NCBI GenBank assembly: GCA_963746845.1
Contig: CAVVCZ010000006.1
Location: 32,001-96,000 of the forward strand
DNA length: 64,000 nucleotides
Reading direction: 5' to 3'
Source: an uncultured Chloroflexia bacterium
Lineage (GTDB): Bacteria; Chloroflexota; Limnocylindria; Limnocylindrales; CSP1-4
Shown: one piece after another, positions 38,988-48,709 of the stretch
Position numbering within the stretch: the stretch's first letter is position 1
Layout: the number at the start of each line of letters is the position of its first letter
The notes under the pieces: generated by a model
The model's input: only the letters and a program-made list of their open reading frames with translations
The model's database searches: none
Told to the model about the DNA's origin: nothing
Translations under genes and position numbers: made by a program

Positions 38988-39926
38988 ATGGGCGGAACGC
39001 TGTTCGGGGTCGACGTGTCACCGTCGCAGGGCGTGGTCGACTGGGCGAAGGTGAAGGCCGGCGGGATCACGTTCGCCGTCGCCCGCTGCCTCCGCGAGAC
39101 CGGCACGATCGACACGACCTACCGCCGCAACGTCGACGGCGCGAAGACGGCAGGCCTGGTGCCGGGCGCCTACGCGTTCCTCGTCGGCGGCAACGCCAAG
39201 CACCAGGCGCAGACGTTCATCAAGGCCGTCGACGACCCGAAGGGCATGCTGATCATGCTCGACGTCGAGCGTCCGAAGATGAAGTCGAGCGCGGTCCCGA
39301 CCGCCGCCGACATCAGCGCGTTCGTCGGCGAGTGGCGCGCGGCCCATCCCGGTCACCCGATCATGATCTACGGGTCGATGGGCTCGGTCCTCGGGTCGAT
39401 CGGCAAGAAGGCCAACCTCCATGCGTTCGGCCCGCTCTGGCTCGCGTTCTATCGTCAGGGCCATACGCACGCGCCCGCCGGCTTCTACGAGTCGCTCGGC
39501 GGGAACCAGGCGAACCAGTGGCGGCTGAAGTTCGGCGGCTGGTCCGGGGCGACGATCTGGCAGTACACGAGCCACAACATCCACGTGCCCGGGATCCAGA
39601 AGCCGGACGGGACGTTCCTCGCCGTGGACACGAACGCGTTCCGTGGCACGAGGGCGGAGCTCCTCGCGCTGACCGGCACCGCGGGTCCGAACCCACTCGT
39701 CGCGTCGCCGCCGAAGCCCACGCCGGCCCCGGTCCCGGTCGCGGGCGGAACCGCCGGCGCAACGAAGGTCTTCCACACGGTCGCGCCCGGCGAGACGCTC
39801 TCGGGCATCGCCGCGAAGTTCGGGTTCAAGGGGTTCAAGGCCCTGATCAACCTGTTTCCGGAGAACCACAAGTTCAAGGCCAACCCGGGCCTGATCCACG
39901 TCGGCGACAAGGTGCGCGTGGGGTAG
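38988..39926 (+). CDS. GH25 muramidase with C-terminal LysM
   Basis: GVDVS..VDW, GAYAF, LDVE, LWLA, IWQYTS, VDTN; HTVAPGETLSGIA..LIHVGD. Confidence 0.9.
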   Translation: MGGTLFGVDVSPSQGVVDWAKVKAGGITFAVARCLRETGTIDTTYRRNVDGAKTAGLVPGAYAFLVGGNAKHQAQTFIKAVDDPKGMLIMLDVERPKMKSSAVPTAADISAFVGEWRAAHPGHPIMIYGSMGSVLGSIGKKANLHAFGPLWLAFYRQGHTHAPAGFYESLGGNQANQWRLKFGGWSGATIWQYTSHNIHVPGIQKPDGTFLAVDTNAFRGTRAELLALTGTAGPNPLVASPPKPTPAPVPVAGGTAGATKVFHTVAPGETLSGIAAKFGFKGFKALINLFPENHKFKANPGLIHVGDKVRVG

Positions 39927-40005
39927 CGACGGGTCGTGTACGAGACGATGGCCCGCGCCCACGAGTCGGCGTACACGGAGGCGGCCGCGGCCGGCTGACC
40001 GAACG

Positions 40006-41079
40006 TCAGGATCGGAGGCGCCGCGCGTTGAGCAGGCCGATCAGGACGATCGCTCCGGCCAGCATCATGCTCAGGGCCACGACCGGCAGCCATGCAGGGA
40101 ACACCATCTGCGCCACCGTGGCGTCCGACAACGGCATGGCGGCGGGGTCGTTCGACGGAGAGACGGCCGGCGCCGCGAGGGCGGCAAGCGGCACGGTCGA
40201 CTGGGAGCCGCTCCCGGCGGGATCAAGCGAGTCGACGCTCGAGGAGGCGGTCGGCGACTCGCTCGGCAGTGGGGTCGGCGTCGGCTTCGGCGTCGGGCGG
40301 GGCGTGGGTCGCGGGGTCGCCGTCGCCACCGGCTTCGGCTCGGCCTTGGCGGCGGGGCCGGATGCGATCGGCTGGACCGACACCCAGCGGCCTTCCCAGG
40401 CCATCCGGACGCCTGCGTAGTGCCACGGAGTGAAGAACCCGCGCAGCTGGCTCGGCGTCAGCTTGCGATCCGGCGTCATGTCATACCCGTAGCTCCGGCT
40501 CTGGAGACCCCAGAGTGGTCCGGTGACCCGGACGCTCGTCACGGTGAAGCGGCTGGTCGTCGCGGGATCCGCGGTGGCGCTGAACCCGGTCAGGACCCAC
40601 GCGTGGTTGCCGTGGGACACGGTGATCGCCACCGGCAGGTTGGTCTTCCGGAGGTTCGTGACCGCCGCGCGGAGCGCCGCGTCGAAGCTGGTGCTGGCGA
40701 CCAGGCGATAGCGCTTGTCGACGAAGTGCTGGAGCCCTGCGGTCCAGCCGGCCGGATCGACCCCGTCGGACACCGGGATCCGGTAGCGGTTGTGCTTGCG
40801 CATGTAGTCGAAGTACCGGCCCTGGCTTGCGCCGTTGTGGTCCGACCGGCGGTCGACGATGTTGCGGATGATCTGGACGTCGGCCGCGGTGCACCAGAGC
40901 CAGGTCGCCTGGGTCGTGAAGACGCCGTTCCGGTACAGATCGATGCCACCCGTCCAGCGCGACAGGGCACTGGCCGACGGCGCCGACGGTGACGCGGCGA
41001 AGATCGCGAACGACAGGGCAGCGAAGGTGGCCGCGAGGCCCCGAAGGGCGTGCCGGCGGCGGCGCGTAGGGCCGGCCAT
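40006..41079 (-). CDS. Secreted, C-terminally anchored protein with papain/C39-like Cys-His motifs
   Basis: Signal peptide; QATWLWCTAA, NHAWVLTG; Pro/Thr linker; C-terminal TM. Confidence 0.65.
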   Translation of the reverse strand: MAGPTRRRRHALRGLAATFAALSFAIFAASPSAPSASALSRWTGGIDLYRNGVFTTQATWLWCTAADVQIIRNIVDRRSDHNGASQGRYFDYMRKHNRYRIPVSDGVDPAGWTAGLQHFVDKRYRLVASTSFDAALRAAVTNLRKTNLPVAITVSHGNHAWVLTGFSATADPATTSRFTVTSVRVTGPLWGLQSRSYGYDMTPDRKLTPSQLRGFFTPWHYAGVRMAWEGRWVSVQPIASGPAAKAEPKPVATATPRPTPRPTPKPTPTPLPSESPTASSSVDSLDPAGSGSQSTVPLAALAAPAVSPSNDPAAMPLSDATVAQMVFPAWLPVVALSMMLAGAIVLIGLLNARRLRS

Positions 41080-41141
41080 GGCGCCATGGTCGCCCGGATC
41101 GGCGAATCCTGCCAGCGCGGACGCGTGCTGCCTGGTGCCGG

Positions 41142-42275
41142 CTACTCGAGCTCGATCGACAGCAACAGCGCCGGAGCCGGCCGGACGTCGACCTCGTAGT
41201 TGCGACGATGAGCGTCCCGGTCGGCCTTGAGGACCGCGTCGATCCGGGCGTCCGGGTTCGTGAAGTGGATCGCGTACTCGGCGGCGCCGCGCGCCGCCAC
41301 GAGACGCTCGATCGTCGCCGGGTCGGGGTTGCCGTCCTTCCCGTTCGCCGAGAAGACGTAGTGATCGGCGGTGATCTGCTCGAGGAGATGCGCGGGCTTC
41401 AGGACGTTCCGGATCGAGCCGTGATGCGGCATCTTCAGGATGTCGACGTGGATCGCGCCGTCCTTCAGCCGTCCCGCGACGTCTAGGTCCGCGAGGATGT
41501 CCGCGCCCAGCCCGTCGCCGGTCAGCAGCATCGTCCGGCCCTTCCGCTCGGCGAGGATGATGATGCTGCTCAGGTTGTAGACGGACCGGTCGACCGCCAG
41601 CGCGGCGGTCGCGACGTCCTTCTTCGGGGCCTTGGCGGCCTGCGCGGCGAGGAACGCATCCCAGGCCGCTCGCAGGTCGTCGATCCGCTTCTGGTGCGGC
41701 CCGATGACGGTCAGCGTGAGGTCGCCGTCAAGGTCGACCACGACCGGCCCGCCGACCGTCGCCATCGCCATGCCCGACGGGAAGTCCGCGTTCTCCGCGA
41801 CCTTCAGGACCTTCGCGACGCCGGACAGGTCGCGGGCCTGCGGGATCGTGGCGATCACGGCCTCCGATTCGGGGCCGACGTCCATGCCGACCGCCTCCCC
41901 GACCGACGCGACCGCGGCCGTCAGCGCGGCCGGCCCGTCGACCCCGAGGGCCGCCAGGTCGAACGCATTGAGCCACAGCCCGCCGACGTCGAACGGGGCG
42001 GCCATCTGCGACGCCGCGTCGTCCTCGAGCTCGGAGAACAAGTCGACGATCCCCGTGATGTGATCGGAGTCCATGTGGCTGACGATCACCCGCTCGAGCC
42101 GGAGCGGCTCCCCGTCGTCCAGCGCGGCGCCGAGCTGGACCAATCGCGGCCGGACGCTGCGCGGGTAGATCCCGGTTGGCCCGGCATCCAGGAGGATCTG
42201 CCGGCCCGGAGTGGCGCCGAACCGGACCAGCAGCGCGTCGCCGAAGTCCGCCTGGAGCGCCTCGAGGGTGAACAT
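41142..42275 (-). CDS. ComEC-like MBL-fold metallohydrolase
   Basis: FGDALLV, LLDAG, SHMDSDHITG, NLSSII, LLTGD, KMPHHGS. Confidence 0.9.
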   Translation of the reverse strand: MFTLEALQADFGDALLVRFGATPGRQILLDAGPTGIYPRSVRPRLVQLGAALDDGEPLRLERVIVSHMDSDHITGIVDLFSELEDDAASQMAAPFDVGGLWLNAFDLAALGVDGPAALTAAVASVGEAVGMDVGPESEAVIATIPQARDLSGVAKVLKVAENADFPSGMAMATVGGPVVVDLDGDLTLTVIGPHQKRIDDLRAAWDAFLAAQAAKAPKKDVATAALAVDRSVYNLSSIIILAERKGRTMLLTGDGLGADILADLDVAGRLKDGAIHVDILKMPHHGSIRNVLKPAHLLEQITADHYVFSANGKDGNPDPATIERLVAARGAAEYAIHFTNPDARIDAVLKADRDAHRRNYEVDVRPAPALLLSIELE

Positions 42276-42284
42276 CGGCCCGCC

Positions 42285-45200
42285 TCAGATCGACTGCATC
42301 GCGCGAAGCACGTCGACGAGACCGTGCCCCTGGAAGTAGCTCTCGCGACCGAGGTCGCTGGCGGTCGAGGTCAGGATCACCTTGATCCGTGACGGGTCAC
42401 CGATCAGCTCGTGGTACCGGGCCATCAGCAGGGCCGCACAGCCGCTGACGTGCGGCGCCGCCATGCTCGTCCCGTCGAGGAACCGGACCCCGCCCTCGGG
42501 GACCGACGACCAGATCTTCTCGCCCGGGGCGACGAGATCGGGCTTCGAGCGTCCGTCGCCCGTCGGCCCCCGACTGGAGAAGTAGCTCACGCCGTAGGCG
42601 TACGGCCGGTAGCCGTGTGTCGCCCCGACGGTGATCGCCGCCTCGGCGTTGCCGGGGTCGGTGATGCTCACCGTCCGGTAGCCGCCGTCGGCGTCGCCGC
42701 CGCCCGTGCCGGCGCGCGCTCGCAGGTACCCGTCGTTGCCCGCGGCCGCGACCACCACGACACCGGAGTTCACGAGCTTCGTGACGTCCTCGCAGACGGG
42801 CGTGCGCCCGCACGCGTAGTTCGCCACGTCGTGGCGGATCGAGAAGCTCATGTTCACGCCCTGGACCGTCAGGTCCTCGCGTTCGCTCGTCAGGCCCTGC
42901 AGGAACTCGATCGCCGCGAGGACGGCGAACTCGGTTCCGCCACCGCTCTCGTCGAAGACGCGGAGGTCGTACAGCTCGAGGGTCGGGCAGACGCCGATGA
43001 GGTCGTAGCTCGGCGGACCGAGCCCGTCCACCTTCTCGTCCGTCCGGCGCCAGTCGCCGGCCAGGATCCCCGCGACGTGCGTTCCGTGCTCGTTGGCGGG
43101 CGCCCGGTAGCCCTGCTTGACGACCTTGCCGGCGGCGTCCAGCTCGTCGGCCGCGTGGCGGATCCGCAGGAGATCGGCGAAGCGGGTCCATCGGATCGGC
43201 TTGCCGGCCCTCAGCGTGGTCAGCATCTCCCCCGCGAGCTCCCCGTTGGCGCGGACGCGCTCCGCGAGCGCCTGGTCGTCCATGAGGTCGAGGTTCTCGA
43301 GCCGTCGCGGATCCGTGAGCTCGCGGACGCCGCTGAAGTCATAGGTCTCGACGATCCGCGTGTTGTTGAGCGGCTTGCCGTCGTTGATCCCGAAGGCCAC
43401 CGCCTCGTGGTCGCCCACTGGCTTGCCCGTGCTCGGCGGCTTGCGCCGCCGAAACGCCGGATGCGTCGCATCGATGCCGCTGTCGACGACCGCCCAGGCG
43501 AGACCCTTGAAGTCGACCGGGAACAGGCCCCGGGCCGCATCGGCCTTCACCGTCGGGACGGACCGGTAGACGCTGACGTCCGCGTCGCGATTGAGGCTGA
43601 CCGTGAAGATCAGCTCCTTCTGGGTGGCGTTCGGGACGATCAGCCGGGCGACCGCGTCGACCAGCCGCCGGGCCCGAGCCATCTGGTCCTTGCCCTCGCG
43701 CAGCTCCGCGACGTCCGCCTTCGACGCGCCTTCGCGGACCAGCTGAATCCGGCCGACGAGGCGGACCCCCCACAGCACCGTTGACGGGACCGCCGGCCCG
43801 GTGTGCGGACCTTCCAGACCCGTCTCGAACTGGATGAGCTGGGCGGCCAGGTCATCGAGGCCCGCCTCGTCGCGGCCCGGGATGTCGAGCCACGTCCGCA
43901 CGACGGACCGCGACTCGATCCGCCACGCGCACAGCGGGAGCAGGTAGGCGACGAGCTCGCCGAAGTCGAGGCAGGCCGCGGTCGTGGACTGTGTGTACGC
44001 GAGTCGTGCCTCCGACGACACGCCTGCGGCGTTCAGGAGCCGGACGATCTCGCCGGGTGGGTTGGTGTCCCGCTCGGCTCGGTTCGGCGTGAGCAGCAGG
44101 TCGATCCGCTCGTTCGGCCGGTTGCCGTAGGCGAACCAGACGTCGGGCAGGATCGGCGAGTCCTGCGTGTAGCGGCGCAGGGACGACGAGTGGAAGATCA
44201 GGTCCTCGATCGCGCGCCGGCCGATCTTCGTGGTCTTCGGTCCGTCGCCGCCGGAGTCGCCGCCGGCGCCACCGACGCCGTCATCGCCCCGATTGCCTCC
44301 CCCGCCGCCACCGCTGGCGCCGCCGGCCCCGCCGCCTCCGCCTCGCCGGGGCGGCGGCCCGGGCGATCGCCTCGGCGCCGAGGCGGCCGCCACGGAGCGG
44401 GTCGGCCCCGCGGGTGCCGGGCCCGCCCCATCCGGGGGCTCGCCGGTCAGCCAGCCGAGCAGGGCGCGGCTCGTCTTCGCCTGGCCGAAGTAGTTGGCGT
44501 GCTCGACGCCGTCGTCCTTGCCGAAGAAGCACGGCTCGAGAACCGGGAACGGCGGCTCGAGGGTCCGCCCCTCGATGCTCTCGATGGCGACCATCCCGTC
44601 GTTCGCCCCGTGGAAGACGACGTCGTCCTTCAGCCCGTCGACGAAGAACGCCTTCAGGTCCGGATCGTCGGGCTCGTAATCCGAGTCGATCACGCGATAC
44701 GTCGTTCCCACCGGGACCCGGACGTTGTCGTTCAGCTTGTGGAGGAACGGCCGCGGCGGCGACATCGCATCGAGGCCGGCGAGGTCATGGGCCGTGTCGA
44801 CCGCGATCGCGCGGATCAGCCCGAAGATCGATTCGAGGACGTCGACCGCCGCCGGCAGCGGCGCGAACGACAGCAGCGTCGAGAGGCGGTCGATCATCTG
44901 GTTCCAGCGGTCGACGTTGGCCAGGTCCGTGCCGTTGGTCGTCGCCCCGACCAGGATCGCGGTGCCGACCGTCAGGTTCGGGCCGAGCGGCGCGAGGTCC
45001 TCCGGCCGCTCGACGATCGAGCGAGAGACGAGGCCGCCGCGCGAGTGGCAGACGAGATCGATCTCCAGCTTGTGAGAGCCGACGGCCTTGAAGAACTCGC
45101 GGGCGTTGTCGATCGGCGAGTCGGCGATCGTCGGATGGTCGAACGCGATCACTCGGCCCTCGTAGCGCTTGTGCAGCTCCTGGAGCGTGACGTCGGGCAG

Positions 45201-45908
45201 GCGCGCGAAGCAGCCCGTGATCGTGTCGAAGGTCCCGTGGATGAACAGCAGGCTCCGCCCGCCCTCGAGCCGCTTCCAGTCCGCGTCCTTGAGCGGCGAC
45301 AGCGACTTGTCCGGACCGTAGGCGCGGAGGACCGTCGGGTGGTGCTCGTGGTCCCACTTCCGGATCTCGAACTCGGCGACCTTGCCGGCGACGGCCGCGA
45401 CCGGGAACGTCACGACCTGGAGGATCTTCGAGATCCCGAAGCCGCGGCGGACCGGGCCCGACGGCACCCGCTCGATCTCGAACAGGTCGCTGCCGGCCGG
45501 CGTGAAGGTATCGTCCCGCTTCGGCGTCAGCGGGAAGTGCCAGGTCGTGATCCCGTGCTCGTCGCGCGAGAGGATCACCTGCGCCCGGTTCTTCGGCGGC
45601 TTCCTGACGGCGATGCGGATCCGCTCCGGTCGCCCCGCCGGCGCCGCGCCGCCCCGCCGGACCTCCCGGCTGACGGGGGTCACGTCGCTCGGCGAGTCGA
45701 TCCGGATCGTCGTCCGTGCCCGCATCGACTGTCGGCCCATCGCCCGCTGGAACGCGTCCGGAACCGGCGCCGCGAGATCGCGCGCCCCGCGCTTCGGCGC
45801 CGCGCCACGGCCCGGCTCGACCACGAGGTCGCCGGCAAGACCCGGCGCCGAGATCAGGATCCCGTCGACCTCGACGGGAGCGTCGCCCGTCAGCGACCGT
45901 CCGGCCAT
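42285..45908 (-). CDS. Alpha/beta-hydrolase + S8 subtilase fusion
   Basis: FIHGTF, CHSRGG; Gly-rich linker; VVDSGID, HGTHVAG, AAAGN, GTSMAAPHVSG; GGAGGAG RBS. Confidence 0.9.
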   Translation of the reverse strand: MAGRSLTGDAPVEVDGILISAPGLAGDLVVEPGRGAAPKRGARDLAAPVPDAFQRAMGRQSMRARTTIRIDSPSDVTPVSREVRRGGAAPAGRPERIRIAVRKPPKNRAQVILSRDEHGITTWHFPLTPKRDDTFTPAGSDLFEIERVPSGPVRRGFGISKILQVVTFPVAAVAGKVAEFEIRKWDHEHHPTVLRAYGPDKSLSPLKDADWKRLEGGRSLLFIHGTFDTITGCFARLPDVTLQELHKRYEGRVIAFDHPTIADSPIDNAREFFKAVGSHKLEIDLVCHSRGGLVSRSIVERPEDLAPLGPNLTVGTAILVGATTNGTDLANVDRWNQMIDRLSTLLSFAPLPAAVDVLESIFGLIRAIAVDTAHDLAGLDAMSPPRPFLHKLNDNVRVPVGTTYRVIDSDYEPDDPDLKAFFVDGLKDDVVFHGANDGMVAIESIEGRTLEPPFPVLEPCFFGKDDGVEHANYFGQAKTSRALLGWLTGEPPDGAGPAPAGPTRSVAAASAPRRSPGPPPRRGGGGGAGGASGGGGGGNRGDDGVGGAGGDSGGDGPKTTKIGRRAIEDLIFHSSSLRRYTQDSPILPDVWFAYGNRPNERIDLLLTPNRAERDTNPPGEIVRLLNAAGVSSEARLAYTQSTTAACLDFGELVAYLLPLCAWRIESRSVVRTWLDIPGRDEAGLDDLAAQLIQFETGLEGPHTGPAVPSTVLWGVRLVGRIQLVREGASKADVAELREGKDQMARARRLVDAVARLIVPNATQKELIFTVSLNRDADVSVYRSVPTVKADAARGLFPVDFKGLAWAVVDSGIDATHPAFRRRKPPSTGKPVGDHEAVAFGINDGKPLNNTRIVETYDFSGVRELTDPRRLENLDLMDDQALAERVRANGELAGEMLTTLRAGKPIRWTRFADLLRIRHAADELDAAGKVVKQGYRAPANEHGTHVAGILAGDWRRTDEKVDGLGPPSYDLIGVCPTLELYDLRVFDESGGGTEFAVLAAIEFLQGLTSEREDLTVQGVNMSFSIRHDVANYACGRTPVCEDVTKLVNSGVVVVAAAGNDGYLRARAGTGGGDADGGYRTVSITDPGNAEAAITVGATHGYRPYAYGVSYFSSRGPTGDGRSKPDLVAPGEKIWSSVPEGGVRFLDGTSMAAPHVSGCAALLMARYHELIGDPSRIKVILTSTASDLGRESYFQGHGLVDVLRAMQSI

Positions 45909-45972
45909 CGTCTCCTCCGTTCCGACCATCGGCGGTCGCGCTGATGCTGGATCACGCGGGCGTCCGGTCCCG

Positions 45973-47202
45973 CTACGACAGGAAGGTCGACAGGTAGTCG
46001 GCCCAGTGCGTGTTCAGGTCGAAGTCGAGCTTCCGGTAGGTCTCCTCCGTGTCGGCATAGGCCCCCTTGTCCGACGGGAACCAGAACGCGAGACCGGTCG
46101 CGTCCCGGACCTTCGGTCCGAGGGCCGCACTCCGGATCCGGGCCTTGTCGAGCGACGCGACCAGGGCCGTGGCCGCAGGCGCCGCCTCCGGGAGCTCCTT
46201 CACGATCCGTCCGGCGAAGTCCTTCAGGTCGTACGTGTCGCGCTGGGCGAAGCCCTGCGTCTCCATCCGGATGAAGCTCAGGTTCCGGAAGCCGTCGTCG
46301 CCGAGGGGCTTCACCGCGTCCAGGAGCTCCGCGAAGCGGGCCGCGATCGTGTTCTTCGATCGGTAGGCGGCGAGGGTGCACGGGAACTGGTCCGGGCGGC
46401 TCGCGTACGACGCGTCGAACGCGTCGACCGCCATCCGGCCCCACGCGGCCGCGGTGCTCGGCGGCTTCTTCGTCATCGCCCCGAACAGGCGCTGGTAGTC
46501 CCAGCCGTCGCCCGGCTCGAGGTCCTCGGACCCGACGACGACCTGGGCGAACGGCTCGAGCTCGTCGAGGACCTCGACCATGCCGTTCAGGCACGTGTCC
46601 GAGAAGATCATGTCGAGCTTCCGTGTCTGGCCCGCCCGCTTGAACCCGGCCCGCAGGACGCCCGCGGCCTCGACGTTCGTCAGGACGCCCCCGCTCGTGT
46701 TGTCGTGGAGCATCGCCCGGACCTCGGCCTGGGCCGCCCTGTGGCGCGGGATGAACAGGCGCCGCGCGGGGATGGACCGGTTGCCGGCCTGCGGCGCGGC
46801 CTTCTGGAGCGCGGCCTCGAGGACCACCTGCTTCGGGTCGTCCTCGTCGAAGACCCCGGTGCCGTGATCCCAGAACCCCAGGGCGCGATGGGGAACCTTG
46901 TCATAGGTGATGAGCGCCCGGGCGAGGAAGGTGGCGAGCGTGTCCGGATCGCCCGTGTCGATCTCCCCGACCTTCTCGATGACCCGCTTGCCTTTGGTCG
47001 GCGAGATCTCGACGACCTGACCGCCGGCGCCCGCGAAGTCCGCGAGGCCGATGACGGCGAACCGGCCCTTGTTCCCCGCAGCCATCTCCTTGAGGTCCAG
47101 ATCGACGAAGTCGCTGAGGTTGTTGTCGCCACCGAAGAGCTCGATCACGACATGGCTGACGTCAATCGTCGAGACGGCGAACGGCTTGAGATCGGCGGCC
47201 AT
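45973..47202 (-). CDS. Clostripain-family (C11) cysteine peptidase without a signal peptide
   Basis: GDNNL, EIDTGDP, WDHGTG (His), FSDTCLNGMVEV (Cys), GSEDLEPGDGWDY. Confidence 0.9.
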   Translation of the reverse strand: MAADLKPFAVSTIDVSHVVIELFGGDNNLSDFVDLDLKEMAAGNKGRFAVIGLADFAGAGGQVVEISPTKGKRVIEKVGEIDTGDPDTLATFLARALITYDKVPHRALGFWDHGTGVFDEDDPKQVVLEAALQKAAPQAGNRSIPARRLFIPRHRAAQAEVRAMLHDNTSGGVLTNVEAAGVLRAGFKRAGQTRKLDMIFSDTCLNGMVEVLDELEPFAQVVVGSEDLEPGDGWDYQRLFGAMTKKPPSTAAAWGRMAVDAFDASYASRPDQFPCTLAAYRSKNTIAARFAELLDAVKPLGDDGFRNLSFIRMETQGFAQRDTYDLKDFAGRIVKELPEAAPAATALVASLDKARIRSAALGPKVRDATGLAFWFPSDKGAYADTEETYRKLDFDLNTHWADYLSTFLS

Positions 47203-47420
47203 CTGATCCCCCGCAGGTGGTTCGGCGACCCGTCCGGCCGTCCGTTGGCATGACCCTACGATCTCCGCGTCATCCCGACATCTCGCGATCAGAGCCCGGC
47301 CCGATCGCTCCGTGCACGGGTGTGGGCCGGGTGGTGAGCCTCGTGGACATGGCCCACGATGCGGCGGCGTCGATCCGCTGTCGCGGGTCGCCCGCGTGGG
47401 TGGCGCGAGGGAGGACATCG

Positions 47421-47534
47421 ATGAAGCGCCCGTTCGGGGTCACGCTGCTCGCGATCATCGGGGTCCTCGAGGCGATTCTGTGGTACCTGAACCGCGCCAA
47501 CGTCAAGAAGGCATTCGGCCTGGTCGACGAGTGA
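47421..47534 (+). CDS. 37-aa membrane peptide, possibly an internally deleted remnant
   Basis: GGGAGG RBS; MKRPFGVTLLAIIGVLEAILWYLNRANVKKAFGLVDE. Confidence 0.5.
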   Translation: MKRPFGVTLLAIIGVLEAILWYLNRANVKKAFGLVDE

Positions 47535-47599
47535 TCGACTGACGGCATCGGCACGCCGCGGGCATCGCGGCGTGCGATCATCCCGAGGGAGGTGGTTCC

Positions 47600-47890
47600 A
47601 TGGGCTGTGTCACGGTTGTCCTCGGCGTCCTGGCTCCGAGGTTCGCACTCCTCGTCGGCTGGTACAACGATCCGAACTACTGGAATGCCCTGCTGGGGTC
47701 CCAGCTCCTGCTCGGGCTCGGGTTCCTCCTCCTGCCGTGGACGACGTTGATCTACGGGTTCACGGCGGCCAACGGCATGACCTTCTTCAACTGGATCTTC
47801 GTCGGCCTGGCCGTCCTGCTCGACATCGGCACCTGGGGCGGCGGGCTCTTCGGCGGCCGGAAGGAAGTCTCGAACTTCCGCCAGACCTAA
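47600..47890 (+). CDS. Small membrane protein
   Basis: GGAGGTG RBS; LAPRFA..LGFLLLPWTTL..LLDIG. Confidence 0.75.
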   Translation: MGCVTVVLGVLAPRFALLVGWYNDPNYWNALLGSQLLLGLGFLLLPWTTLIYGFTAANGMTFFNWIFVGLAVLLDIGTWGGGLFGGRKEVSNFRQT

Positions 47891-48432
47891 CCCCGGGTCG
47901 CGGCGAGCTCGACCAGCTTCGTCACGGTGTTCCAGTTCCGGGCGGTCGCGGTCACGCCCAGTCCGCGATCGGTGAGCTGGCCGGCCAGCTTCGAGGTCTG
48001 CAGCCCGTTCCGGTACCAGGCGTAGATCACGCGATCGCCGGCCGCGTACCGGTCCGGCGCGACGGCGTCCGGATCGATCGCGGCCAGCCGGCCCGGTTCG
48101 GGATCGGCCGACAGGAACACGGCGTAGAAGTGCGTGGGATCGGCGGTGCCATCCGGGATCGCGTTCGCCGCGATCACCGCCTGGAGCTCACCCAGGCGCC
48201 TGAGGAGGACCGCCACCGCGAAGCCGAACCTGGCCTCGAGCGCGTCCTCGATCTCGGCGGCGATCGCGTCGCCGTCGTCTCGGTCGCTCGTGAACCAGGC
48301 GTTGCCGCTGACGATCCACGTCCGGGCGTCGGCGTGGCCGAGCCCGACGAGCAGGTCGCGCAGCTCGGCCATCGGGACCCGCCGATTCGACCGGATGTTG
48401 ATCCCGCGCAGAAGCGCGATCCACGTCGTCAC
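47887..48432 (-). CDS. DUF1697 family protein
   Basis: IALLRGINI..VPMAEL..SGNAWF..TARNWNTV. Confidence 0.88.
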   Translation of the reverse strand: MTTWIALLRGINIRSNRRVPMAELRDLLVGLGHADARTWIVSGNAWFTSDRDDGDAIAAEIEDALEARFGFAVAVLLRRLGELQAVIAANAIPDGTADPTHFYAVFLSADPEPGRLAAIDPDAVAPDRYAAGDRVIYAWYRNGLQTSKLAGQLTDRGLGVTATARNWNTVTKLVELAATRG

Positions 48433-48501
48433 GCGTCGATGATCGCCGAACCCCGCCGACGGCGACCGGACCGGTCCCACGCACGAAATTTGGCATGGGG
48501 G

Positions 48502-48564
48502 TTGTCAAATCCCCCGCAAACTGGTACAGTATTGACATCGCTGGCGTGTCAGAACTTGACACGC
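48502..48564 (+). promoter_or_regulatory. Sigma70-type promoter plus downstream palindrome
   Basis: TTGTCA-N17-TACAGT with TG extension; GCGTGTCA-GAACT-TGACACGC at 48544-48564. Confidence 0.65.
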
Positions 48565-48709
48565 CGGTACGTGTGTCCGGCTCCTGGCGGAAGCGGATGC
48601 ACCACCGGTTCGCCTCGGCGGATGCGTGAATCGGTCGCAATCCAGCATCCCGGCGCGTCTCTTCGCGAGACCACGCGCGCAAGCGCGGCAGCAGCACCAC
48701 GGAGAACCC

